A model generated the notes under the pieces. The model made no database searches and was not told where the DNA came from. It saw nothing but the letters and a program-made list of their open reading frames with translations. Position numbers and translations under genes: made by a program. Source: a bacterium (lineage in GTDB: Bacteria; Patescibacteriota; Minisyncoccia; Phycocordibacterales; JBBTRF01). Taken from it: DNA of 64,000 nucleotides. Below are positions 20,005-29,030 of the stretch, one piece after another. Within the stretch, counting starts at the first letter, position 1; each line of letters begins with the position of its first letter. Location of the stretch: the NCBI GenBank assembly GCA_037130265.1, contig JBAXTI010000001.1, positions 394,377 through 458,376 of the forward strand. The letters run 5' to 3'.

Positions 20005-20292
20005 ATGTATTCGATCTACCGAACGAAGGATTTTGAGAGATCCTATCAAAGATGCGAGCGATCTGGACAACTGAACGTTCGCGCAAAACGTGAACTAGAA
20101 AAAGTCATCGCCGCTATTGCATCAGGGAACAAAGTATCTCCAAGCCGCCGTGACCATCAGCTAAAAGGCAACCTCGCACCATATCGAGAATGTCACATCA
20201 AGGGAGACCTTCTTTTGGTGTATCAACTACAAAGGCTGGTTTTGGTGCTCGTGCTAGTGGATATAGGCACGCATTCGTATTTGAATCTGTAG
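20005..20292 (+). CDS. yafQ: YafQ-like mRNA interferase toxin (RelE/ParE superfamily)
   Basis: ...RRDHQLKGNLAPYRECHIKGDLLLVYQ...GTHSYL matches YafQ (DH.L.G.W.GYR..H...D.LLIY...GTH). Confidence 0.75.
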   Translation: MYSIYRTKDFERSYQRCERSGQLNVRAKRELEKVIAAIASGNKVSPSRRDHQLKGNLAPYRECHIKGDLLLVYQLQRLVLVLVLVDIGTHSYLNL

Positions 20293-20368
20293 ATTAACCG
20301 ATATTACTTCTGACTCGCCGACGCGACTTTGCGGACTCTTCGCTTACTTCTGCCGAAGTTTCATTTTG

Positions 20369-20386
20369 TGACCCTACGGGGAGTCG
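20369..20386. repeat. 18-bp direct repeat tgaccctacggggagtcg, copy 1 (duplicate of the tRNA-Glu 3' end)
   Basis: Identical to 20529..20546. Confidence 0.7.
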
Positions 20387-20479
20387 GTCACGCGTATTTT
20401 TCTACTGAAAAATCGCTCGACCCCGCCTCGCTCGCCTGCGCGAGCTCCTGCTTTCGACTCTGCCACACAGGGCATCATA

Positions 20480-20529
20480 ATGCGAAACAAAAAGAGCATC
20501 CTTTATAGGACGCTCTTTTTGTTTCGCAT
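20480..20529. terminator. ~21-bp-stem hairpin (atgcgaaacaaaaagagcatcc-tttata-ggacgctctttttgtttcgcat) abutting the tRNA 3' end
   Basis: Read directly. Confidence 0.6.
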
Positions 20530-20600
20530 GACCCTACGGGGAGTCGAACCCCGATTCCAGCCTTGAGAAGGCCGTGTCCTAACCATTAGACGATGGGGCC
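20529..20600 (-). tRNA. tRNA-Glu (anticodon CUC)
   Basis: Reverse complement GGCCCCATCGTCTAATGGTTAGGACACGGCCTTCTCAAGGCTGGAATCGGGGTTCGACTCCCCGTAGGGTCA. D, anticodon (loop TTCTCAA) and T arms (GGTTCGACTCC) fold canonically, and the sequence closely parallels E. coli tRNA-Glu. The acceptor stem has one C:A mismatch and one G:U pair. Confidence 0.7.
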
Positions 20601-20667
20601 GTAAAAACGGCGCCGATCTCAAACACCGTACGTGTCGCAGAATCAGCCTCCAATATATACCACACAA

Positions 20668-21984
20668 TTACCGATTCTGCCACTCGTCGTCCTGTCGAAC
20701 GAGAAGTTCGGTCCGACGTTCTGGCTCGGCCATGATCTCTTGCACCGCTCGCTCCATGCGAATGGACTGAGAACCCTTCGCGAGGACAATATCGCCCTCA
20801 CCGAGCATCTGCTCGATGAACTTCCCTGCCTCCTGTGCGTGGTCGAATTGAAAAATCTTGCTGTCGGCCAATCCGGCATCAAGCGCGCCTTCAGCGATCT
20901 GTCGAGCCCGTACGCCGACGGTCACGAGAACATCCACCACCGTACCAGCAAGCAAACCAACCTTGCGATGTGCCTCAGAAGAGAGCTTGCCGAGCTCCAT
21001 CATGTCGCCAAGCAGGGCAATTTTTTTGCCAGCCACTCCATCTTTCATTGCGACCTTCAACCCTCCAAGAGTGTGCAGCGCTTCGGTCATGGCGACAGGT
21101 GAAGCATTGTAAGTGTCATCGATCACAGTCGCGCCCTTCACGGCCGGTAGCAAGCGCATTCGGCCAGGAGTGTTGAGCTCGGCCGAAAGACCGGCAATCG
21201 CCTTCTCCGGCGCAATACCCTGCGTCACCGCTACCGCAAACGCAAACAACGCTGGGTACAAATGATGACTACCGGCAATACCGCGGCGCACAATTTCGTA
21301 TGTTTTATCTCCATGACGAATGACGAAGCGAATACCGACCGGCCTATCCCCTTCATACAATACCTCCGACGGATCGGCACGGAAATCAGCTTGGCCTTTC
21401 TGGCTAATGGTCATGACCTTTGCCATTGTGAGCGGACCGAAGCCAGCCACATCCGCATCATCAATATTCAAAAACAAGACGCCCCCTTCTGCCTCAGACT
21501 TCACCGCACGCGGCAACTGGCTTTTCTCAAATACGAGCTCCGCGCGATCCTTGAAAAATTCTACATGTACCGGAGTTTCCCCAATACGCGTCACCACTCC
21601 AACATTCGGTTTCACCCACTCCATAATCTGCGCAATATCCTTTGGCCGATCGGCACCCACCTCGAGTACCAGCCACTCTGGGTATGGATGATTGGTGATG
21701 ACGGCCATGAAACCTTTGCCAATATTTTCGATCCACAAGAGAGGGTTGGACCATGCATTCTGGAGACCAAGGATAGTGAGGGGCACGCCGATGTCGCCAT
21801 TGAAGCTTTTCTGGCACTTCCGGACAAAAAACGACGAGGCGAGCGCCGCATAGATGGCATCCTTGGTCGATGTCTTGCCAACACTACCGGTGACTGCCAC
21901 AATCTTCGGCTGGTACTTTTTCAGCACCATTTTGGCCTCCCACTGGAGGATAGCGACGACGATTTTTTTGAAGATAGATTTCAT
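20668..21984 (-). CDS. murF: UDP-N-acetylmuramoyl-tripeptide--D-alanyl-D-alanine ligase
   Basis: IVAVTGSVGKTSTKD P-loop; DDTYNASP; position after ftsI in the dcw cluster. Confidence 0.85.
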   Translation of the reverse strand: MKSIFKKIVVAILQWEAKMVLKKYQPKIVAVTGSVGKTSTKDAIYAALASSFFVRKCQKSFNGDIGVPLTILGLQNAWSNPLLWIENIGKGFMAVITNHPYPEWLVLEVGADRPKDIAQIMEWVKPNVGVVTRIGETPVHVEFFKDRAELVFEKSQLPRAVKSEAEGGVLFLNIDDADVAGFGPLTMAKVMTISQKGQADFRADPSEVLYEGDRPVGIRFVIRHGDKTYEIVRRGIAGSHHLYPALFAFAVAVTQGIAPEKAIAGLSAELNTPGRMRLLPAVKGATVIDDTYNASPVAMTEALHTLGGLKVAMKDGVAGKKIALLGDMMELGKLSSEAHRKVGLLAGTVVDVLVTVGVRARQIAEGALDAGLADSKIFQFDHAQEAGKFIEQMLGEGDIVLAKGSQSIRMERAVQEIMAEPERRTELLVRQDDEWQNR

Positions 21985-21989
21985 GTATG

Positions 21990-23717
21990 TTATCGGTCTG
22001 GCGGAACTTCGTAATAGTGTAGCAGAAAATTGGTCAATTCAAAGAACGGGCCAGTGAGTGTCTCGGAAGCGTAGTCGACCTTCTTGGGATACACGGTGTA
22101 CAGGAAGACGATGAAGCGCGGGTTGTATGCTGGGAAATATCCGAAGAAAGAGTGGAGATAGCGGTCGGCGTAGTAGCCTTTCGTGCCACCCTGCGAGATC
22201 TGCGCGGTACCCGTCTTCGCGGCTACGCTATAGTGCTCGAGCTTTACCTTGCCGTTGCGAAGGGCCTTATCGACGAGCTCGACCAACATGCGCGAGATCT
22301 CCTCAGAGGTGCCTGGTTTTAGCACCTGGCGACCGTCTGGGTAGGACAACTTTTTGGTGACGCCAATCTTGTAGTCGATCTCCTTCACGACGTGCGGATT
22401 TGGCAAATACCCGCCATTACCAAGAGCTGAGAGGGCTCGGATGGTGGCGATCGGCGACAACGCGATACCTTGGCCGAAGGAAGCGGTGTAGGATTCGATG
22501 TCGCGCGGGCTCTCGATCAATGTCTTCAGGAGCCCGCGCGATTCGTTTGGCACGTCGATCCCCGTCTCTTCATCGAAGCCAAATCGAAGCAAGTACTCCT
22601 TAAACGCCTGCTTCCCCATTTTCTGCACCACAAAAGACGCGCCTGTGTTGAGCGACTTATTGAGCACCTCTTGCATTGTCGTCACGCCACGATGTTTCTT
22701 GTCGGAGTTATAGAGCGTCTTCGCATCAGCAGTCACAGAACCGGTGTCAACATAGGTCGTATCCGCAGTCACCGCACCCGCGTCAATACCCGCCGCCATC
22801 GTGATTGGCTTGATGATTGAACCCATTTCATACACATTTTCCACCAGCGGGTTACTGAAAACACGGAGATCCTTCTCCTTCTGAAAATGATTTGGATCAA
22901 ACGTCGGCACCGCACCCATCGCATAAATCTCTCCGGTCTTAGGATCCATAATGATGCCACCAGACAGGTCGGACGACCACTTCTTTTGGACTTCGCCGAG
23001 CACCTGCTCGAGGCGCATCTGTACGCTCGGCTCAATAGTGGTCACTAAGTCGCCCTCCAAATCGGCCTTTTCATCAACAACTTTGCCTATATCAGAAAAG
23101 ACCTCAGCAAAAAAGTTCACATAAGATTTGTCAGAGTCGCGGCGCAGGGTTTCCTGATAGAAACGTTCGAGACCATAGCGACCATCGAGCACATCACCAT
23201 TGTAGCCGACAAAGCCCACAGTCTGCGCCGCGACATCTCCTCCTGGATACACCCGCCACTGGTCGCGCACGAGACTCACTCCAGGGATTTTAAGTGCGCT
23301 AATCTGGCTTCCAGTCTCTTTGTCCACACGCTTCACCATCTCTTCATACTGATCATCCTTGGAAGCTCTGGCGACGAAGATATCATGGTCAATGGTCGGC
23401 AAAAGAGCCTGCAGCTGCTTGTACGTCGTTTCGGGCGAGGTGATCTTCTTTGGATTAACCACAAGCGTAAACCCAGAGTTGATCGTCGCCGCCCCGTACG
23501 AGCTGCCGTCTTTGTTTTGAAAATAGATCGAACCGCGATCAAAGAGATGCTTGGCTGGACTAACATATTGTCGCTCAGCTTTTTCTGCATACGTACTGCC
23601 ACGGACCACCTGCACCAAATACAGCTTACCAACGAGCACCAGTGCCACCAAAAGCACGGTACTGGCAACCAAGCGAATTCTCCAAGGGTGCTCCTTCATG
23701 AATGATGAATCGCCCAA
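21990..23717 (-). CDS. ftsI: penicillin-binding protein (FtsI/PBP3-like transpeptidase)
   Basis: N-terminal TM; SIIKP (SxxK), SLN, KTGTA motifs; dcw context. Confidence 0.8.
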   Translation of the reverse strand: MGDSSFMKEHPWRIRLVASTVLLVALVLVGKLYLVQVVRGSTYAEKAERQYVSPAKHLFDRGSIYFQNKDGSSYGAATINSGFTLVVNPKKITSPETTYKQLQALLPTIDHDIFVARASKDDQYEEMVKRVDKETGSQISALKIPGVSLVRDQWRVYPGGDVAAQTVGFVGYNGDVLDGRYGLERFYQETLRRDSDKSYVNFFAEVFSDIGKVVDEKADLEGDLVTTIEPSVQMRLEQVLGEVQKKWSSDLSGGIIMDPKTGEIYAMGAVPTFDPNHFQKEKDLRVFSNPLVENVYEMGSIIKPITMAAGIDAGAVTADTTYVDTGSVTADAKTLYNSDKKHRGVTTMQEVLNKSLNTGASFVVQKMGKQAFKEYLLRFGFDEETGIDVPNESRGLLKTLIESPRDIESYTASFGQGIALSPIATIRALSALGNGGYLPNPHVVKEIDYKIGVTKKLSYPDGRQVLKPGTSEEISRMLVELVDKALRNGKVKLEHYSVAAKTGTAQISQGGTKGYYADRYLHSFFGYFPAYNPRFIVFLYTVYPKKVDYASETLTGPFFELTNFLLHYYEVPPDR

Positions 23718-23729
23718 CGCCGCACGCTC

Positions 23730-24065
23730 TTATCGAGTCGTGTTGAGAGAGAGGCTTTGGGATTGATTATACGCCACAAAATGCGGTTCAGCCACCTCAA
23801 CAAAGCCAAGCTGCACAGCCAAAGAAGGACTGATATGGTTTTTCATTTGCAAATGTTGCGTCTCGAGAGTGGCAAGCTCCGCACTGAGCTTCGAAATTGA
23901 CGACTGAGCCTGTTGACGAGCAACCACATTACCAATAGTTGCATTGATCAGGTATCCGTATGACAAAAATGAACAGAAAACGAGTGCGAGGATGGCAATA
24001 CTGACCCTCTGGATGAAGATTTCGTTCTTGGTGAGCTGATTGGTATGATAGATGATGGCGTTCAT
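23730..24065 (-). CDS. ftsL: cell division protein FtsL-like
   Basis: 111 aa, single TM and coiled coil, between rsmH and ftsI. Confidence 0.5.
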   Translation of the reverse strand: MNAIIYHTNQLTKNEIFIQRVSIAILALVFCSFLSYGYLINATIGNVVARQQAQSSISKLSAELATLETQHLQMKNHISPSLAVQLGFVEVAEPHFVAYNQSQSLSLNTTR

Positions 24066-24082
24066 GGATTTGTATAAATTTT

Positions 24083-25042
24083 TTAGTTTTTCTTGAGAAC
24101 TCTGAGCTTCGCGCTGCGGGACCGTCGGTTTTCTTGCATTTCTTCGTCACTCGGGACGATGGGTTTCTTTGTGACTAGCTCCGCCTCACCTTGGTCCGCT
24201 TTTTCTTTAAAATACCGCTTCACGATCCGATCCTCGAGGCTATGAAAAGAGATCACGGCCATTCGCCCGCCTGGGGCCAATGCGTCAAAGCCTTTCCAAA
24301 GACCTTCTTTGAGAGCACTGAGCTCGTCGTTCACTGCAATGCGCAATGCTTGAAAGGTGCGAGTGGCAAAATGAGTCTTTCCTTTTTTATAAAAGAATGG
24401 GACGGAATGACCGATGATGGCGACCAATTCAAAGGTGGTCTCGATCGGCTTCTGAGCGCGCGCCTCGCAGATGGCGCGCGCGATGCGTCGTGAATATCGC
24501 TCCTCACCGTACGCGTAAATAACATCAGCAATATTTTGCTCCTCCCAACTATTCACAATATCCCGAGCAGTGAAACGTGGCAGCGCATTCGCTACAGCAC
24601 CTGGCCTGACCCCCACGACTGGCGCTGGCGTCTCGGTCTGTGAAAACATCATCTTCAGCGGACCATCCTTTTGGAAACTAAATCCTCGCTCCGCCGCTTC
24701 AAATTGGTCAGCATTCCAGCCAAGGTCAAACAATTCCGCATCCACCTTCTGCCCGGCCAAAGCGAGATCAAGATTGCGGAAGCTGCCGCAGTAATACTGA
24801 ACATTCCCCACCTCCAAGCGCTTCATCGCCAAATCAATCGCCGCCTGATCGAGATCGATCGCTACAATCTTCACCTCTTTACCAAACCGCGCGATCACCT
24901 CTGCACTATGTCCGCCGCCTCCCAGTGTCGCATCAACAAACACACCACCGGCACGCAAGTCCAATGAATCAAGTGACTCCTTCAACAGCACCGACTTATG
25001 TGCGGTGGTGGCGGGAGCGGTAGTTGGAATGGTGGGTATCAT
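24083..25042 (-). CDS. rsmH: 16S rRNA (cytosine1402-N4)-methyltransferase
   Basis: VDATLGGGGHS, ISFHSLEDRIVK motifs; start taken at the internal Met so as not to overlap mraZ. Confidence 0.85.
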   Translation of the reverse strand: MIPTIPTTAPATTAHKSVLLKESLDSLDLRAGGVFVDATLGGGGHSAEVIARFGKEVKIVAIDLDQAAIDLAMKRLEVGNVQYYCGSFRNLDLALAGQKVDAELFDLGWNADQFEAAERGFSFQKDGPLKMMFSQTETPAPVVGVRPGAVANALPRFTARDIVNSWEEQNIADVIYAYGEERYSRRIARAICEARAQKPIETTFELVAIIGHSVPFFYKKGKTHFATRTFQALRIAVNDELSALKEGLWKGFDALAPGGRMAVISFHSLEDRIVKRYFKEKADQGEAELVTKKPIVPSDEEMQENRRSRSAKLRVLKKN

Positions 25043-25065
25043 AGGATTTTTTCTACTTTTCTTTT

Positions 25066-25500
25066 CTACAGAACGCCGATCTGCCCGAGCTTTTCGGCGA
25101 GGCTGTTCGCCTCCTTCTCGACCTTGGCCTTGTACTCCATCCAAAGTGCATCATTCCAAATCTCCACACGATTCTGCACACCGATAAGCACGACTTCTTT
25201 TTTCAATTGCGCTCTCTCCTTCAAAAAATCCGGCACCAACACTCGACCAATCGAATCGACATCTGCCTCCACTGCTCCGCCGAGCATATATCGATTGAAA
25301 CTTCGCGTATCAGCTTGCAACATCGACGAGCCGCCCAACTTTTCAGAGATCGTTTCCCACTGTGTCGGTGTGAACACGAAGAGACAGCCGTCGAGACCCG
25401 GAGTGATGATCACACGCTTCCCCATTTCCTTGCGAAATTTCACCGGCAAAGACAGTCGGTTCTTGTCGTCTATGGTGTGCGTGTATTGGCCGATAAACAT
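25066..25500 (-). CDS. mraZ: transcriptional regulator MraZ
   Basis: MFIGQYTHTIDDKNRLSLPVKFR and a second DxxxR repeat. Confidence 0.9.
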   Translation of the reverse strand: MFIGQYTHTIDDKNRLSLPVKFRKEMGKRVIITPGLDGCLFVFTPTQWETISEKLGGSSMLQADTRSFNRYMLGGAVEADVDSIGRVLVPDFLKERAQLKKEVVLIGVQNRVEIWNDALWMEYKAKVEKEANSLAEKLGQIGVL

Positions 25501-25778
25501 TGATGTTGATACTGATTATTCGCTGAGTTTTTTATTTGTTCGCACTGCAACCATTTCGTGTGGCTGAATTTCAAGAGTAGTCGAGAGGAAAGCGTACGAA
25601 CTCTGGCCCGATCGAACCACAAAGATAGTTTTGTTGAGTTTCATGTGTGTTTTATTAATTTACCACTCTTTCCCACATGTATAGTATTTTATACCACTCT
25701 ATCCCACTCCACAACAAAGTTATCCCCATAGCAGCACGAATTCGGCCCCTTTCCAGTGCATTGGGGTATGACATACTT

Positions 25779-26306
25779 ATGTCTATGGATATTCGAAAAA
25801 AGTCCTTCGCTTGGAAGGCTATTGCGTGTTCGATTTTGGCCCTGATTGTTATCGGTTCTGCGGCAATGGCCGTCTTGAAGCAGGCTTCAACTGATTATCG
25901 AGACCGTCCCACCCTCTACGATGTACAGATTGGTACGACGATAATACCAGTCGAGATTGCCGACGTACCCTCAACTATGGAAAAAGGCCTGTCTGGTCGG
26001 TTCCATCTCCCATCGAAGCAAGGAATGCTCTTTATTTTCCCGGTTTCGGACCTGTACGCCTTCTGGATGCCAAACATGAACTTCCCGATCGACTTACTTT
26101 GGATCAGTTCGGAAAAAAAGATCGTTGGATTTGAGCAATCCATGCAGCCAGAGAAAGACCTGAAAAATCCTCACTACTATCGCCCATCTGAGCCAGTGGA
26201 GTACGTCATAGAAGTGAATGCTGGCTTCGTGAAAAGCCATCATCTGACGGTCGGTCAGGAGGTAAATATCCCCGATATTTCCACGGGACATCGGGCACTT
26301 TTCTGA
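25779..26306 (+). CDS. DUF192 domain protein
   Basis: N-terminal TM; PVEIADVPSTMEKGLSGR....GMLFIF.......FWMPNMNFPIDLLWI is the DUF192 signature. Confidence 0.65.
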   Translation: MSMDIRKKSFAWKAIACSILALIVIGSAAMAVLKQASTDYRDRPTLYDVQIGTTIIPVEIADVPSTMEKGLSGRFHLPSKQGMLFIFPVSDLYAFWMPNMNFPIDLLWISSEKKIVGFEQSMQPEKDLKNPHYYRPSEPVEYVIEVNAGFVKSHHLTVGQEVNIPDISTGHRALF

Positions 26307-26319
26307 TATACTATTACTT

Positions 26320-26898
26320 ATGTTACGCAAATTGGTCGTCGGTCTCGGGGTTGAATTCGGCCCGATCATTGTATTCTTTCTGATAGTCGAGAGGACAAAC
26401 TTCTTAAGAGCTACCCTTATTTTCGTCATTCTGACGATCGTTTCGCTGATTGTCGGCCTCTACGAGCAGCGCCGCATCGCCTGGTTCCCACTCATTGCCG
26501 GCGGATCTGTGGTGATTTTCGGTACGTTGACCCTCGTCTTCGACAACCCATTCTTTTTGATCGCCAAGGACACACTCTACAACGGGTGCTTTGCTATCGC
26601 GCTTTTCATCGGATTGGCGCGTGGCAAGGGCTTATTGAAACACCTCTTCAGTAAGCTCATCGCTATGACCGAGAACGGCTGGCGCATTCTCTCGTGGCGC
26701 TGGGCTATCTTTTTCACCGTCCTCGCTGTTACCAACGAATTCGCCCGCATCAATCTTCCTACCGCCGGCTGGGTACAATTTAAAGAATTAGCGACGATTT
26801 CCACCATCATCTTCTCTCTTTATCAATTCAAATTGGCGAGGAAGGAACGACTTCCCGACGCAACTCCTTGGGGGTTGCGAAAGACCGAAAGCAAATAA
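26320..26898 (+). CDS. YciB/IspZ-family intracellular septation membrane protein
   Basis: Five TM segments; pattern parallels E. coli YciB (FGGLTLFF / WVNFK region corresponds to FGTLTLVF / WVQFK). Confidence 0.55.
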   Translation: MLRKLVVGLGVEFGPIIVFFLIVERTNFLRATLIFVILTIVSLIVGLYEQRRIAWFPLIAGGSVVIFGTLTLVFDNPFFLIAKDTLYNGCFAIALFIGLARGKGLLKHLFSKLIAMTENGWRILSWRWAIFFTVLAVTNEFARINLPTAGWVQFKELATISTIIFSLYQFKLARKERLPDATPWGLRKTESK

Positions 26899-26996
26899 GC
26901 TCAGAGGAACCTCTGCGCAGGGCTCGGCCCGAGCAGGAGGAAAAAACCCAGAAGGGATTTATTCCGTGTTCCGGGTGAGCTTATTTGCTTTCGGTC
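26883..26996. repeat. perfect 21-bp inverted repeat (gaccgaaagcaaataagctca / tgagcttatttgctttcggtc) enclosing ~72 nt with an internal gctcgg/ccgagc hairpin
   Basis: Read directly; overlaps the yciB-like stop and ends at the lysS stop. Confidence 0.6.
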
Positions 26997-27000
26997 TTTA

Positions 27001-28488
27001 CTACTCTCGCGGCTTCAGCGTCGGGAAAAGGATAACCTCTTTAATGTTCTTCATTCCTGTTAGAAGCATCGTGAGACGGTCGATACCAACACCGACGCCA
27101 CCAGCTGGAGGCATGCCGTATTCCATTGCCTCGAGATACTCTTCGTCATTTGGCTGCGCTTCGTCATCACCCGCCTTGGCGTTCTTCTCCTGATCCATGA
27201 ATCGAGACTTCTGATCAATCGGGTCGTTGAGCTCAGAAAAGGCCTTCACGAGCTCCATACCGCCCGCCACGAGCTGAAAAGCATTTACTAACGCAGGATT
27301 CTCCTCAGAGCGCTTCGCAAGTGGCAAGAAGGCCACTGGATAGTCGACAATGAAGGTCGGTTGCACGATCTTTGGTCGGCAGGCCTTTTTATAAATGTTG
27401 TCGATAATCTTTTCCAGCGGATCTTTCGGATCAACCTTCACCTTGCACTCAGCCGCCTTGGTACGAGCCTGTTCGAGAGTGAGAGCCTCCGGGTGTGCGA
27501 CACCTGCGTATTTCCCGAGCAGGTCTGCATACGACATGCGCGCAAATGGCTTCGAGAAATCCAGTTCGTTTTCGTCGAACTTCACCAAAAGACCACCACA
27601 CGCCTTCTCCACTACATTTCGGAGCAATGATTCTGCAAATACCATCTGCTGTGACGCGTCGCTGTATGCCTCGTAATATTCGAGCATAGTAAACTCAGGG
27701 TTGTGTGTAGTATCGATGCCTTCATTACGAAAATTTCGACCGATCTCATACACCTTTGGAAAACCGCCGACCAAAAGCTTTTTCAAATACAATTCTGGGG
27801 CAATACGTAAAAAAAGATCGGTGTCGAGCGCTTTGTGGTGGGTCGTAAATGGGGTGGCATTCGTGCCGCCGGCGAGAAGCTGCAACGCAGGAGTCTCCAC
27901 TTCCAAATAGCCGGCGGCATCGAGTGAGCGACGGATCTCAGAAACAATCTTTGCTCGAGTAACAAAGCGAGCACGGACAGACTCGTCCATCAATGTGTCG
28001 AGATAACGATGTCGAAAACGCTCATCGATATCTTGCAGGCCATGCCACTTCTCCGGCAGAGGTCGCAAACTCTTCGAGAGCATGCGCCAGCTAGCGACAG
28101 CAACCGTCTTTTCACCGCGCTTGGTGACGAACAATCCTCCAGTAAGTTCGACAAAGTCGCCAATGTCGACAGTCTGACTAAAAAAATCAAACGCTTCGGC
28201 ATCCACAGTACCCGCCTCTGCCACCTCCCCAACTTTTTTGATCAACCCCTGGAACTTCCCGGTGCCGTCGTTGAGTGTAATGAAGACCAGTGCACCCTGC
28301 GGACGCAATGACATAACTCGACCGACCAAAGAGACCGATGACTTCTTTGCTAAATTTTCAAATTGAGAGGCAGCTTCTGCAAGAGTCGCATCTCGCTTGG
28401 TAGAAATCGGGTACGGATTGAGCCCCTTCTCACGTAACAGTGCGAGTTTTTGTAAACGAATAGAACGAATTTCTTCTTGAGATGCCAT
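27001..28488 (-). CDS. lysS: lysine--tRNA ligase (class II)
   Basis: OB anticodon-binding N-domain (VSLVGRVMSLR..G...FITL.DG.GK.Q); class II motifs (FRNEG, GGVGVGIDRL). Confidence 0.9.
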   Translation of the reverse strand: MASQEEIRSIRLQKLALLREKGLNPYPISTKRDATLAEAASQFENLAKKSSVSLVGRVMSLRPQGALVFITLNDGTGKFQGLIKKVGEVAEAGTVDAEAFDFFSQTVDIGDFVELTGGLFVTKRGEKTVAVASWRMLSKSLRPLPEKWHGLQDIDERFRHRYLDTLMDESVRARFVTRAKIVSEIRRSLDAAGYLEVETPALQLLAGGTNATPFTTHHKALDTDLFLRIAPELYLKKLLVGGFPKVYEIGRNFRNEGIDTTHNPEFTMLEYYEAYSDASQQMVFAESLLRNVVEKACGGLLVKFDENELDFSKPFARMSYADLLGKYAGVAHPEALTLEQARTKAAECKVKVDPKDPLEKIIDNIYKKACRPKIVQPTFIVDYPVAFLPLAKRSEENPALVNAFQLVAGGMELVKAFSELNDPIDQKSRFMDQEKNAKAGDDEAQPNDEEYLEAMEYGMPPAGGVGVGIDRLTMLLTGMKNIKEVILFPTLKPRE

Positions 28489-28511
28489 GAGTAAATTGTA
28501 TCACAACGACT

Positions 28512-28979
28512 CTACGCAATATCGACTATCTTGTAGGTCATCTTGCCTTTTGGAGACAAGAAAGAAAAGACTTCGCCCTTGCGCTTGCCAGCCATTGCCT
28601 CACCGATCGGAGAGTGGAGAGAGATCTTACCAAGACCAATGTTGGCCTCCTCAGAACCCACGACCTGAAACTTGTGCGCGCCCTTGGTGCCATCCTGCTG
28701 AACAGTCACCGTAGAGCCGATACCGACAACGTCAGTGTGGTGCAATTCCACAATTTCGGCATGAGCTATGATCGCCTCGAGACGGTTGATGCGATCTTCG
28801 ACAGCGGCCTGGTTGTCACGAGCCTCGTGATATTCAGCATTTTCAGACAAATCGCCGAGCGCTTTCGAGTACTCCAAATCTTCAGCGACCTCCTTTCGCT
28901 TCACCTTCTTCAAGTGGTCGAGCTCCTTCACGAGCTCCTCATACCGCTCTTTCGACAAATACTCTTTTTGGTCGGTCAT
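28512..28979 (-). CDS. greA: transcription elongation factor GreA
   Basis: LSKERYEELVKELDHLK...VAEDLEYSKALGDLSENAEYHEARD coiled coil plus FKBP-like C-domain. Confidence 0.9.
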   Translation of the reverse strand: MTDQKEYLSKERYEELVKELDHLKKVKRKEVAEDLEYSKALGDLSENAEYHEARDNQAAVEDRINRLEAIIAHAEIVELHHTDVVGIGSTVTVQQDGTKGAHKFQVVGSEEANIGLGKISLHSPIGEAMAGKRKGEVFSFLSPKGKMTYKIVDIA

Positions 28980-29030
28980 ATGGTGAAAAAATAAATAGTG
29001 ACACAATCTTACGCTTTTATCACGCTGAAG

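Noticed and set aside
21262-22014. 250-aa plus-strand ORF
   Set aside because: Antisense to murF and ftsI, which carry strong motifs; probably a GC-frame artefact.
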